Shown here one piece after another: positions 26,874 through 36,185 of a stretch of 64,000 bases of DNA (positions within the stretch are counted from its first letter, which is position 1; every line of letters begins with the position of its first letter). The translations under genes were made by a program, and so were the position numbers. The DNA is from Candidatus Adlerbacteria bacterium. Lineage in GTDB: Bacteria; Patescibacteriota; Minisyncoccia; Phycocordibacterales; SBAW01. The stretch is from assembly GCA_029288895.1 (NCBI GenBank), contig JARIGK010000001.1, forward strand, positions 1,446-65,445, read 5' to 3'. The notes under the pieces are model-generated. The model did no database searches. It was given only the letters and a program-made list of their open reading frames with translations, and was not told where the DNA came from.

Positions 26874-27779
26874 TTATCGAATATAAAACGTTTTCATATT
26901 TTTTTGAACAACGCAGCCTTCTTCAATAGTGAGGTATGGGCGCGGCGTGAATGGGAAGAGAAATGGATACAGAGCTTCGAGGATTTTTTGCACACCGCGT
27001 GATGTATGGAAGTATGGCCAGAAAAAGAGGCGTGGAATCCATGCGCCTAAAGGGCGCGGACCGCGTGCTTGCTTCTTTTGGGCAAGAAGTCGGTCGGCAT
27101 TGACGCGGCTGTCTTGGCCGGCGCGTTTGCGGAAGCAGCTAAGCGGCGCGTCGATGCTCGTGAGTTCTGCATACTTTGCCATCTGCGGCCACAGCCAATA
27201 GTCGCCTGAGCTTTTAAAGTAGGCAGGAAAAGGGCCAGCCTTCTTCCAGACCTCGGGCCGCCAAAAGACGCTGTCCTGCTCGACATGATATGCCTCCATG
27301 CCGTATACGCCCATTTTGAGCCAATCGCGACGGTATGTGCGGCACTGGCCGCTCACGAGCTTATTGCCTTTTTCGTCTATTACCGAGGTGATGCCTTTGA
27401 GCCAGAGCACATCTGGGCGAGCTTTGAAGGTGCGGGCTACTACATCGAATGCGCCTGGCTCATAAATGTCGTCGCCCGCGATCCAGGCACAGATGTCGCC
27501 CGTCGTTGCATCAAATCCTTTGTTAAGTGCGACATACATGCCTTCTGCTATTTCAGGTTCGATCACGCGCATCGAAATGTTGTTACACTTCGGTTTGTAT
27601 TCGCCTGACGCAACGCGTGCGGCATAGTCTTTCGCAACTGCCACTGTGCTGTCCTTTGATGCGTCTGCGACGACAATATATTCAATAGAAAAATCTCCGG
27701 CCTGTGACAAGACGCTCTCAATAGTTGTGGGGAGCCATTCGGCAACTTCCCACGCTGGCGTGACGATAGAGAATTTCAT
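26874..27779 (-). CDS. GT2 glycosyltransferase
   Basis: FSIVTP, TIESVLSQ, GMYVALNKG, WIAGDD. Confidence 0.92.
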   Translation of the reverse strand: MKFSIVTPAWEVAEWLPTTIESVLSQAGDFSIEYIVVADASKDSTVAVAKDYAARVASGEYKPKCNNISMRVIEPEIAEGMYVALNKGFDATTGDICAWIAGDDIYEPGAFDVVARTFKARPDVLWLKGITSVIDEKGNKLVSGQCRTYRRDWLKMGVYGMEAYHVEQDSVFWRPEVWKKAGPFPAYFKSSGDYWLWPQMAKYAELTSIDAPLSCFRKRAGQDSRVNADRLLAQKKQARGPRPLGAWIPRLFFWPYFHTSRGVQKILEALYPFLFPFTPRPYLTIEEGCVVQKNMKTFYIR

Positions 27780-28633
27780 ACGATGTATTTCTCATATCCG
27801 ACATAGTCCGGATTTTCTATATTTGCATTCCAAAGGTAGAGCGGAAGTTTAAACACCCATGTATTTTTAAATACGTGGGTGACGTTGTAGGCGAAATCGC
27901 GCCCTGAGCCGCGGCCCGAAGGGATGCCCCATGTACGCTTATTGCGTGGGCGGAAGTAGACGCCTTTATCGATAACTTCACGATTAAACATCATACAGTT
28001 ATCTGCGCCGGGGAATGGAGTTGTGTCGCGGTAAAATAGCCTGCGCGTATAGGGAAACCATTTAATAGGAAATGGAATGAACTGGTGCAACGGTTCAAGC
28101 ATCAAGATACCGCGGCGCTGCCGTGGCAAATCATTTACTTTTTCAGGGCGAAGTACAACCTGCGCTTCGCCTTTTTCTCCAAAAATTCTTTCAACGTCGA
28201 GTTTCTTGTCTAGCAATTCGGGTTTCAGCCGTTGATACTGAATCATGACCATGGTCGCGTTGTATTTTTGTGCGAGCTTGTATTGTTCTTCGATGCGATT
28301 GGCGAGGGACGCGTCGTCGGCATCTTGTGTGGTAATCCATTCGCCTTTTGAAATTGAAAAGCCATAATTGCGTGCAGCAAAACCAGCATTGATGTCATAC
28401 CCGCGCCAGTTGGTGCGGGGCGACTTCCATGGATTGTCGTAGAATGATATGCGCGGATCTGTTTTTGCAATGTCTTTGACAATATCTTGTGTGCCGTCTG
28501 TAGAGCCATCGTCAACCACAATAATTTCTAGGTTCTTCCACGTCTGGTTTTGCATAGACTGAATCGCCCGTGCGATTCGGTCCTTTTCATTCCAGACGGG
28601 TATGACAACCGAGATAAGTTCTTGTTTAGGCAT
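27776..28633 (-). CDS. GT2 glycosyltransferase
   Basis: ISVVIPVWN, VDDGSTDGT, ARNYG, QDADD. Confidence 0.92.
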   Translation of the reverse strand: MPKQELISVVIPVWNEKDRIARAIQSMQNQTWKNLEIIVVDDGSTDGTQDIVKDIAKTDPRISFYDNPWKSPRTNWRGYDINAGFAARNYGFSISKGEWITTQDADDASLANRIEEQYKLAQKYNATMVMIQYQRLKPELLDKKLDVERIFGEKGEAQVVLRPEKVNDLPRQRRGILMLEPLHQFIPFPIKWFPYTRRLFYRDTTPFPGADNCMMFNREVIDKGVYFRPRNKRTWGIPSGRGSGRDFAYNVTHVFKNTWVFKLPLYLWNANIENPDYVGYEKYIV

Positions 28634-29753
28634 GTAGTGTATCTAAGAATACCCGATAGTTTTTTGCAAATTCCTCGCGTGTATGGTGCGCACGCGCATA
28701 CTCCCATGTGCGGCGAGCTCTTTCTTTGAGTGTGTCAGTAGGCAGTACCGAAAGGTTTTTTAGTGCACTCTGGAGCGTTTCAACATCTGAGTTAGGAAGT
28801 AGTGTTCCAAAATCCCCAACATCAACAGATGATTCGTAATTAACAAGTGGGATAAGCCCTGCGTGCATGCCTGTGATGACGCTACCGCCTCCGCCTTCCG
28901 AACATGAAAGAGAAACAACACCAACAGACTCGCTACATACCTGTGCAAATTCCTTACTACCTTGATCCACAAAGCCCAGCATCTTGATGTTTGGTGTGTG
29001 ATAAAGCTCTTGTGTAAACGCCTGCGCAAACGGGTCTTCTGGTGCGAGCTTGGCACACACTACTAGTGTGTAGTCTCGCATCCCCACAAAGGCTTCGAGC
29101 ACAAGGTCCAAACCTTTATGGAGTGGTCCTGCGCCGCCGATCCAGACAAATTGTTTTTTTGCAGCGTTGAAATCTTTATGTTCAGGAGAAGGGAAGAGAT
29201 GAGTTGCAGAAATAGGAATGCGGGCTATTGGTTTCTTTGCATAGGCATAGGTGTCGGTAGTAAAACGGTTACCAAGCGCTGTGCCGCACTCGGCCAATTC
29301 AAGCGTCTTAACTTCGGGGATATTTCTATCTGGTGCGAGTGTTATGCCGCGACGATGTTTAAGAGCGTCGGCGCGCATCTGCCCTGCATGATTCTGGAAC
29401 TTCGGTTCTGCGTTCGTAATATGAAATATTTTTTTACATGATGGCGGGAGAAGGGGTGCGAGGCGCTGCATATTACCTGCATTGTCGACAAAGAAATCGT
29501 AGTTCTTGCGTGGAAGAAAACTTTGGTTCGTTGAGTCGATAACATCGACCGCGTATCCGCGCTCAATAAATGCGTCGACCATATTTTTTCCTTCCCAATA
29601 ATTTGTGTGGCTATCCCACGGACCAGGGCGCAACCATGGAAGCGTAACGTACGAAAAAAGAACGGTGCCTTTTGGAGTGCCTTTGGGCGTGAGCGAGATA
29701 ACTCTGCCGTGGAGGCGAAAGAAAATCCGTTTTAAAAATTCACTACTCTGCAT
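28626..29753 (-). CDS. GT4-like glycosyltransferase
   Basis: HKGLDLVLEAF, SCSEGGGGSVITGMHAGLIP. Confidence 0.85.
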   Translation of the reverse strand: MQSSEFLKRIFFRLHGRVISLTPKGTPKGTVLFSYVTLPWLRPGPWDSHTNYWEGKNMVDAFIERGYAVDVIDSTNQSFLPRKNYDFFVDNAGNMQRLAPLLPPSCKKIFHITNAEPKFQNHAGQMRADALKHRRGITLAPDRNIPEVKTLELAECGTALGNRFTTDTYAYAKKPIARIPISATHLFPSPEHKDFNAAKKQFVWIGGAGPLHKGLDLVLEAFVGMRDYTLVVCAKLAPEDPFAQAFTQELYHTPNIKMLGFVDQGSKEFAQVCSESVGVVSLSCSEGGGGSVITGMHAGLIPLVNYESSVDVGDFGTLLPNSDVETLQSALKNLSVLPTDTLKERARRTWEYARAHHTREEFAKNYRVFLDTLHA

Positions 29754-31497
29754 GAGTTTTTAACCACACCTCTAAGCACAATAGCGTCCATAGTTGGTAG
29801 TACGCTTTTGGTTTCTGCCCAGCGAGTGTTTCGCGGACGAATGTCTGTATGCGTTCACGGTCGAGATACTGGTAGACGCGCGCATTCTCAAATGTCTTTT
29901 CGACATAGGCACGCAGTGTAGGCTCGGCGAGCCATTTGCGTATCGGCGCACCGAAGCCTTGTTTTTTACGGTCGACGAATTCGCGTGGCATGATATCGGC
30001 GAGCATATCTTTCAAAATAAGTTTGCCAGTCTTGCCATCGGTTTTGTATTCGATAGGTAGGTTGAATGCAAATTCGGCAAGTTTGTAGTCCAAAAATGGA
30101 CAGCGGATTTCCAAACCATGCATCATGCCCATTTCGTCGACTTTAGTAAGCAACTGGCCTTGCATGTGCGTTGTGATGTCGAACAGGTCCATCTTTTCTA
30201 CTGCGGAGCCAACAAAATTTTTAACCAATGTGTCTATCTGTTCGGTCCAAAGGTTGCCCGAATTTTTTTGGAGATTTTTGCGTAGCGAAAGAGGGAAGAC
30301 AGTGCTCTGCTTTAAGAAATCTTTGTACTGATTTGAGAATAACGCATTGCGCAGGCGGGACAGTTTGTTGGTATGCCAGTACGAGAAATAGCGGCCGTAC
30401 CCCAAGAACATTTCATCACCGCCTTCGCCCGACAGTGCCACTTTGACGTGCTTGGCAGTTTCGCGTGAGAGAAGGTGTTGCGGGAAGTCAGCAGGGTCAC
30501 CGTGTGGTTCGTCGAAGTAGGCAAGCGCGGCTTCTAGCTCGTGGATAAGGTCCGCGGATGCCTGCAGCGTTTGATGTTTGGTGCCAACTTTTTTGGCGAG
30601 CTGTTCTGCAAAGGGAAGTTCGTCTATCAAATCGCCATAACCAAGCGAAAAAGTTTGGAGCGGGCGCGTGAGTTCTTTCTGTGCGTAGGCGACAACAAGC
30701 GACGAGTCGACACCTCCCGAAAGAAATGCACCAACTTCGACATCGGCAGCGATCATGCGCTTTTTGACTGCATCAGCAAAGAGGCGCTTTGCTTCTACTT
30801 TTGCTTCGTCGTAGGAAAGAGTGAGCGGCTTTCGTTCGAGCTTCCAGTATTGGGTGACGTTGAGTGCCCCGTCTTTGTACGTTGCAGCATGGCCGCCCAA
30901 AATGGTGTGGACGTTTTTGTATATCGTGCGCCACGGCGGCACGTACATAAGCGCCAGGTATGCATCTATGCCTTGTGGGTCGATTTCTGGCTTCACCCCC
31001 GCGGCGATAAGCGCTTTGATCTCGGAGCTTACCGCAAGTTTCCCATCAGGTGTGTGTGCATAGAAAAGCGGTTTCTTTCCAAAACGGTCGCGCGCCATAA
31101 AGGCCTGTTTTTTCTCGTCATCCCAAATGACAAACGCGAACATGCCATCGAGATACTTCGGACATTCGGACCCGTACCCTTCGTATGCTTTTAAAATGAC
31201 TTCTGTGTCGGACTGGGTAGAAAATATGTAGCCTTTTTTCTCGAGTTCTGCGCGCAACTCTTTGTAGTTATAGATTTCGCCGTTAAATGTGATAGCAATA
31301 TTTTTTGCATTGTCGCGCATTGGCTGGTGGCCAGAAGGCGAGAGGTCGATGATAGCCAGGCGCGTATGGCCAAGTGCGGCGTCGCCGAACGCCATCGTGC
31401 CGTGGCTATCTGGCCCGCGATGGGCGAGCATGTTGAGCGCCTTATCAAGAGATGTGTTGCCGGCATCTGTGCCGATAATACTGATGATGCCGCACAT
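29743..31497 (-). CDS. asnB: asparagine synthase (glutamine-hydrolysing) family amidotransferase
   Basis: MCGI, HRGPD, RLAIIDL, NGEIYNY, RDRFGKKPL, LSGGVDSS, SGEGGDE. Confidence 0.93.
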   Translation of the reverse strand: MCGIISIIGTDAGNTSLDKALNMLAHRGPDSHGTMAFGDAALGHTRLAIIDLSPSGHQPMRDNAKNIAITFNGEIYNYKELRAELEKKGYIFSTQSDTEVILKAYEGYGSECPKYLDGMFAFVIWDDEKKQAFMARDRFGKKPLFYAHTPDGKLAVSSEIKALIAAGVKPEIDPQGIDAYLALMYVPPWRTIYKNVHTILGGHAATYKDGALNVTQYWKLERKPLTLSYDEAKVEAKRLFADAVKKRMIAADVEVGAFLSGGVDSSLVVAYAQKELTRPLQTFSLGYGDLIDELPFAEQLAKKVGTKHQTLQASADLIHELEAALAYFDEPHGDPADFPQHLLSRETAKHVKVALSGEGGDEMFLGYGRYFSYWHTNKLSRLRNALFSNQYKDFLKQSTVFPLSLRKNLQKNSGNLWTEQIDTLVKNFVGSAVEKMDLFDITTHMQGQLLTKVDEMGMMHGLEIRCPFLDYKLAEFAFNLPIEYKTDGKTGKLILKDMLADIMPREFVDRKKQGFGAPIRKWLAEPTLRAYVEKTFENARVYQYLDRERIQTFVRETLAGQKPKAYYQLWTLLCLEVWLKTHAE

Positions 31498-31539
31498 AGT
31501 GTGAGTTCAGTATATATGACTCCTCGCTCTAGAAAAATG

Positions 31540-32145
31540 TTACATTAAGGCTTCGATTTCCCGGGCCACATCCTCTGCAGTAGGGACTGTGCCGTCTGTC
31601 CGACGCGCCAGTAAGTTTCTTACACCCTCCGGCAAATTTTTATTAAGGCCGCCTGGCAGAAAAGGCGGGGCGATTTCGTAAACACGGATGCCTTTCTCGC
31701 TCCATTGCTCGCGCAGCGCGGAGAGTAATTCGCGAAGTTTTTGTTTCGCAGGTATGTATGCACCGATGTTTTTCTCCGGCTCTGCTTTATCGAGTGATGC
31801 AGTTGTAATGCCTAGAAAAAGGGAACCATGCTTCATGTGCGGCAAAAACGTGTTGGCCAAAATTTCTGCAGCCGTGACAGTGACTGCAAACTCGTCAGCA
31901 ACTTCTTTCTCTGTTGTATCTTCGAGCGCCTTGCGTGTAGTCGCCATGCTCGCCATATGGATGACGCAATCAGGCGCGCCACGTTCTTCTAAGATTTTCT
32001 CTGTTATCTGCGTAAGAGCTGTGGCGTCTCGCACGTCGCAGATTTCTCTGCCGATATTGAATACATCAAACCCATGCGTACGGAGCATCTGCGTAACTGC
32101 ACTTCCAACGTAGCCTGAGCCGCCTGTAACTACTGCGGTTTTCAT
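31540..32145 (-). CDS. short-chain dehydrogenase/reductase
   Basis: VVTGGSGYVG, YIPAK (YxxxK). Confidence 0.85.
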   Translation of the reverse strand: MKTAVVTGGSGYVGSAVTQMLRTHGFDVFNIGREICDVRDATALTQITEKILEERGAPDCVIHMASMATTRKALEDTTEKEVADEFAVTVTAAEILANTFLPHMKHGSLFLGITTASLDKAEPEKNIGAYIPAKQKLRELLSALREQWSEKGIRVYEIAPPFLPGGLNKNLPEGVRNLLARRTDGTVPTAEDVAREIEALM

Positions 32146-32561
32146 AGAACTTTTGTGTAGACAGTTCCTTGGACAAGAATATCTGTGTCGCGACGGATTG
32201 TTATGTCGAGCGAAAGTATACGCCCTGCTTCGCTCTTGTGTGCAATGACGCCCTCTACCTGTACGGTGTCACCGGCGAATGCGGGGAGTTTAAATACAAG
32301 CGACTCCTGCATGAGCAGGCATCTCTTGCCTGGAATATGCATACCAACAAGTTGTGATACAAGTGCGCCGAGAAACATCCCATGCACGACGGGTTTATTA
32401 AATTGCGTTGTTGCAGCGTATTCTGCATCAGTGTGCAATGGATTATTGTCACCTGAAAGCTGCGCAAATGTAGAGACGTCGCCCGCGCTAATTGTTCGTG
32501 TTAGTGCGCATGTTTCGCCAACCACGAATGATTCAAATGTTCTGTCGGCGGCTTGGTTCAT
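32142..32561 (-). CDS. MaoC family (R)-specific dehydratase
   Basis: FAQLSGDNNPLH-x-D...VVHGM hydratase-2 motif. Confidence 0.92.
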   Translation of the reverse strand: MNQAADRTFESFVVGETCALTRTISAGDVSTFAQLSGDNNPLHTDAEYAATTQFNKPVVHGMFLGALVSQLVGMHIPGKRCLLMQESLVFKLPAFAGDTVQVEGVIAHKSEAGRILSLDITIRRDTDILVQGTVYTKVL

Positions 32562-32788
32562 ACATTCGCACCCTTTGTTTTCAGGGCTGTACGCACGGCG
32601 CCCAAACTTTCAGCAGAGAGCACTTCGTCCATGGTGAATGTGACGTTATATTCTTTCTCGAGTTCTGCAATAAAAAGCAGATAATTCATGGAGTCCCAAT
32701 CAGGTACGTCCTTGGGTGTGAGGACGTCACTAATATTCTCGCGAGGGATATGCAGCTGTTCGAACACAATATCTTCAAATGATTTCAT
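32558..32788 (-). CDS. acyl carrier protein
   Basis: 76 aa, acidic, WDSM phosphopantetheine site. Confidence 0.9.
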   Translation of the reverse strand: MKSFEDIVFEQLHIPRENISDVLTPKDVPDWDSMNYLLFIAELEKEYNVTFTMDEVLSAESLGAVRTALKTKGANV

Positions 32789-32794
32789 ACGGTG

Positions 32795-33838
32795 TTATGT
32801 AATAGTAATCCATTCTGGCTTGTGCACATCATGCGCATCCAACATGCCATTGTTGAAGCGTGTCTCGGCAAATGTGCGAGCAGGTTCATTTTTCTCACTT
32901 GGTACGACAGGCAAGGCAAGCATGTGTGCACCTTCTGCCTGTGCAGCTTGTGCAATAGCGTACAGTAAGGCGTCCTCGATGCCTCGTTCAAATACGCGGC
33001 AGCTCATAAGCATAGTTTCAATGACCCAGGTAGTCTCTTCTTTTGTAACTATCGCGAGCGCCACAATACCGTGGTCGCCGAAGCGGTCGAGTGCGTGCGC
33101 ATGGAAGACTTCGTGTAAGCCATCCTGCATAAAGCTGTGCAGTGTATCTTCCGAGTGAGGGATTTTATTGGTATTGAATTGATTTGTTTTTTCAGTCATC
33201 TGCGCAAGGCGTGCGAGGGCGCTTTCGTCGTTGCGCCCGATGCGAACTTCTAACGACAAACTTTTCAAAAATTCATTCTTATTCTCGAACTTCTTTTCTG
33301 CCTCGCGGCGCAGGCGTTCAGTAACATACATATTGCCGCGCATCTTGTCCTCGTCCGTTACGGCGTTTGATGCAAAGTAGGGGAGCGAATGCAACATGCG
33401 CGTGTACTCGCGTGGGTCCGCCGGGAGGTCAGGCACGGCAACGTCCGGAAGTGCTGTACGCACGAGCTCGCGCTCAACAGGGTTGTCGTCGAGGAACACC
33501 ATCGAGTCAAGCCCGATGTTTAGCTCTTGTGCGAGTTCTTTGATATTTTCTGCCTTTTCTTTCCAGTTAATGCGATGTGCTGCAAAATGCGGCTCTTTCA
33601 AAATCATGTTCGGATGCGTGCGGATGGCGTCGAGCGCATCTGCTTCGTTATTTTTACTGCTGATTGCAAGCAAGATGCCACGGTCGTACAGATCACGCAG
33701 CGCCTGCTGAAACGATACAAATGATGCGCCGGGTTCTTCAAGCGAGAGCGCTATACCGTTTATGCCGTCTTCGCCAACGACGCCGCCCCAGAGCGTATTA
33801 TCCAAATCAAGCACAATGCATTTCTTTTGCTCAGCCAT
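32795..33838 (-). CDS. fkbH: FkbH-like HAD-IIIC phosphatase / glyceryl transferase
   Basis: KCIVLDLDNTLWGG, SKN, FLDDNPVER, KTNQFN, DRFGDHG, LMSCRV. Confidence 0.92.
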   Translation of the reverse strand: MAEQKKCIVLDLDNTLWGGVVGEDGINGIALSLEEPGASFVSFQQALRDLYDRGILLAISSKNNEADALDAIRTHPNMILKEPHFAAHRINWKEKAENIKELAQELNIGLDSMVFLDDNPVERELVRTALPDVAVPDLPADPREYTRMLHSLPYFASNAVTDEDKMRGNMYVTERLRREAEKKFENKNEFLKSLSLEVRIGRNDESALARLAQMTEKTNQFNTNKIPHSEDTLHSFMQDGLHEVFHAHALDRFGDHGIVALAIVTKEETTWVIETMLMSCRVFERGIEDALLYAIAQAAQAEGAHMLALPVVPSEKNEPARTFAETRFNNGMLDAHDVHKPEWITIT

Positions 33839-33841
33839 ATT

Positions 33842-34171
33842 TTAGTGTGCTACTGCAACTGCTGTGGCGAGTGTGTCAGTGTGAGAAATCGAAATAGAGA
33901 CCAGGTCACTCTTTGTGCCGCCAAACCACACTTCTGGTTTACCACTTTCGTTGCGACGTATCTCGATATCTTTAAATAACGAAAAATCTCCCGTTGCTTT
34001 GCGAACGGCTTCTTTTGCTGCAAACGTACCTGCAAAATGCACTGCTTTGTTTGTGTAGGAATTACAGTACTCCTGTTCGAGTTTTGAAAATGTATTGTCC
34101 ATAAATTGCTGCTGGCCCAAGGCCTGTTCCATGCGTGCAACTTCCACCAAGTCTATACCGACGCCTGCCAT
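33842..34171 (-). CDS. acpS: holo-ACP synthase
   Basis: GVGIDLVEVAR, AGTFAAKEAVRKA, ISISH. Confidence 0.93.
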   Translation of the reverse strand: MAGVGIDLVEVARMEQALGQQQFMDNTFSKLEQEYCNSYTNKAVHFAGTFAAKEAVRKATGDFSLFKDIEIRRNESGKPEVWFGGTKSDLVSISISHTDTLATAVAVAH

Positions 34172-34189
34172 AGCTGTGCCGCTATGATA

Positions 34190-35182
34190 CTAGTTCGAGG
34201 AGACTTTTAAAAGTTTAGGAAGGAGTGGTGTAATGATGCGTATCATCTCTTGTGTCCGAGCCTCTTTCCCGGCCTCATTTGGATGTTCCGCATCGAGGTA
34301 CATCGAATACGGAAAGGCAAAATCATCCTCTGTCCCAAGTACTGTGCTTGTGCCAATTGCATTTTGTATTTGTTCTATCTGGGCAGCAATAAGTGCGGTG
34401 TTTGCCGCGACGATCTCTTCTGGGGCGCTCGGCGGCATATAGAACACATGAATACCACGTGCCTGTGATTGTTGAACAAATGACTTCATGTCCGCCAACA
34501 CGCCTGAATCTACAGGACTGATAAAACCTGCAGCATCTGCATATGCGGCTTCACGTGTCATATGCTTCTCTCCTGCAAGCTCGGTATTAACATCGCCATA
34601 GTTATTAAATGCCTCGAGCGTGTTCATTCTGTCGGCCGCAGTAAGGGTGCGATGAGGGAAGAAGAGTGCCAGATAAAATTTATATGCTTGTGCCTGCAAC
34701 CATGATGGTGAGTGCCGTAGCATCACAACAATGGTATGAAGCGACAGCACAGCGCGCGCCTGTTCAGGATTTGAATGCAGCATTTCAAGTAGATAAAACC
34801 CATCACCATAGTCTGGCTGCTGCAATACGACGTGTTCGGGGCTAAGTACGACGATATCGCCCGGTCGGAGATTGTCCGTAAGTTCGTGCAGCATAAACTT
34901 CAATCCCAATGCACCATATATACCCATGTTGATGGGATGGAGGCCCGTTTCTTTTTCTATAAGAGGTGAGTCTATACCAAGTGCAACACCCGAGCCTCCA
35001 ACAAAAATAATTCGCGGGCTTTCTGTTGTATCGAGTAAGGCAATTTTTTCTTTAAGACTCGACGCGTAATCGTGTGAGTTGTAACTCACAGCCCACACTC
35101 CTGCACAAAATAAGAGTATAAGTAAAAAACATCCTACAGCTTCTCCTGCGTACACAAGAAATTGTGAGAATTCGCTCCGCAT
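34190..35182 (-). CDS. membrane-anchored SGNH-like (DltD/AlgJ-type) acyltransferase partner
   Basis: N-terminal TM, IIFVGGSG, YLDAEHPNEAGKEART (D-x-x-H); paralogue of the next gene. Confidence 0.7.
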   Translation of the reverse strand: MRSEFSQFLVYAGEAVGCFLLILLFCAGVWAVSYNSHDYASSLKEKIALLDTTESPRIIFVGGSGVALGIDSPLIEKETGLHPINMGIYGALGLKFMLHELTDNLRPGDIVVLSPEHVVLQQPDYGDGFYLLEMLHSNPEQARAVLSLHTIVVMLRHSPSWLQAQAYKFYLALFFPHRTLTAADRMNTLEAFNNYGDVNTELAGEKHMTREAAYADAAGFISPVDSGVLADMKSFVQQSQARGIHVFYMPPSAPEEIVAANTALIAAQIEQIQNAIGTSTVLGTEDDFAFPYSMYLDAEHPNEAGKEARTQEMIRIITPLLPKLLKVSSN

Positions 35183-35187
35183 AGCAA

Positions 35188-36180
35188 CTATTGCTTTTTC
35201 AAGCGTGACATAAGAAGCGGTAGAAGTTTTGCAGTGTATTCTTTTCTACCCTGATCGGTTAAGTGAGAAGATGTATCTAAAAATTCCGTGTCCGGCATTA
35301 CAAATGTGCTTATGGTGCCTACGAGAATGCTTGTGCCGAGCTCATTCTCGACCTGCGTCTCGCGTGCTGCAGCGCGCGTAGGGTTGGCGTCATAGACAGA
35401 CTGTGCGAGGGGAGGCCATACAACAAGAACATGCACGCCACGCGTTTGTAGGTTCTGTATTGTGTGGGCAAGATAGGAGAGTGTTTGTGGATCCGCGCCG
35501 CGGTCGCCTATTTGTCCCGCATCGTTTGTAAGAACCTCTGCCGTTGTTAGATGTGCGTCGCCAGCGACGGTTGATATGGTGTCGCCATAGATATTAAAGT
35601 TATGCTTGCTGTATAACAAAACACTTAGCGGTTTTGGTTGTGCGCAGAACGGTAGCCCAGATCTCAAACAAAGTGCGTTTGCTTTTTCCTGCATCCAATT
35701 GGGAAGGTGTCGCACCATAACAACAATGCCGTGCGGTGTTGCTCCTGTTGGGATGTATTGCGGGTTTGCTTGCAGCGTGTCGAGCAATGCTGCGCCATCG
35801 CCGTAATAGGGTTGCTGGATTACCTGCTCCTCCATTAGATATAGGATAGTGTCGCCAGCATGTAATCTGCTATCTATCGACGCAAACATAAATCGCAATC
35901 CGAGCCCGGCCGAAGAGCCCATGTTGACGGGGTTGTAGTGCGTTTTGTCGTAGATCATTTGAGAGTCGATATCCATTGCGCCGCTTGAACCCGCAACAAC
36001 AATAATGCGTGGATCAGGTGCCGTGGCCATGCGCGTATCTTTTGGGGAAAGATTGTAATACGAATCGTGGTTATAGCTTATGACAGCAAGAAAGAGTACG
36101 AACGAGCATACCAGCATGGCGCATCCGACCATAGAGAATACGAAGCGTGCAAACTGCTTCCGCTCATCTGAGAACATCAT
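35188..36180 (-). CDS. membrane-anchored SGNH-like (DltD/AlgJ-type) acyltransferase partner
   Basis: N-terminal TM, IIVVAGSS, FLDTSSHLTDQGRKEYT; start MMFSDE directly after the MBOAT gene. Confidence 0.7.
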   Translation of the reverse strand: MMFSDERKQFARFVFSMVGCAMLVCSFVLFLAVISYNHDSYYNLSPKDTRMATAPDPRIIVVAGSSGAMDIDSQMIYDKTHYNPVNMGSSAGLGLRFMFASIDSRLHAGDTILYLMEEQVIQQPYYGDGAALLDTLQANPQYIPTGATPHGIVVMVRHLPNWMQEKANALCLRSGLPFCAQPKPLSVLLYSKHNFNIYGDTISTVAGDAHLTTAEVLTNDAGQIGDRGADPQTLSYLAHTIQNLQTRGVHVLVVWPPLAQSVYDANPTRAAARETQVENELGTSILVGTISTFVMPDTEFLDTSSHLTDQGRKEYTAKLLPLLMSRLKKQ

Positions 36181-36185
36181 GAGAT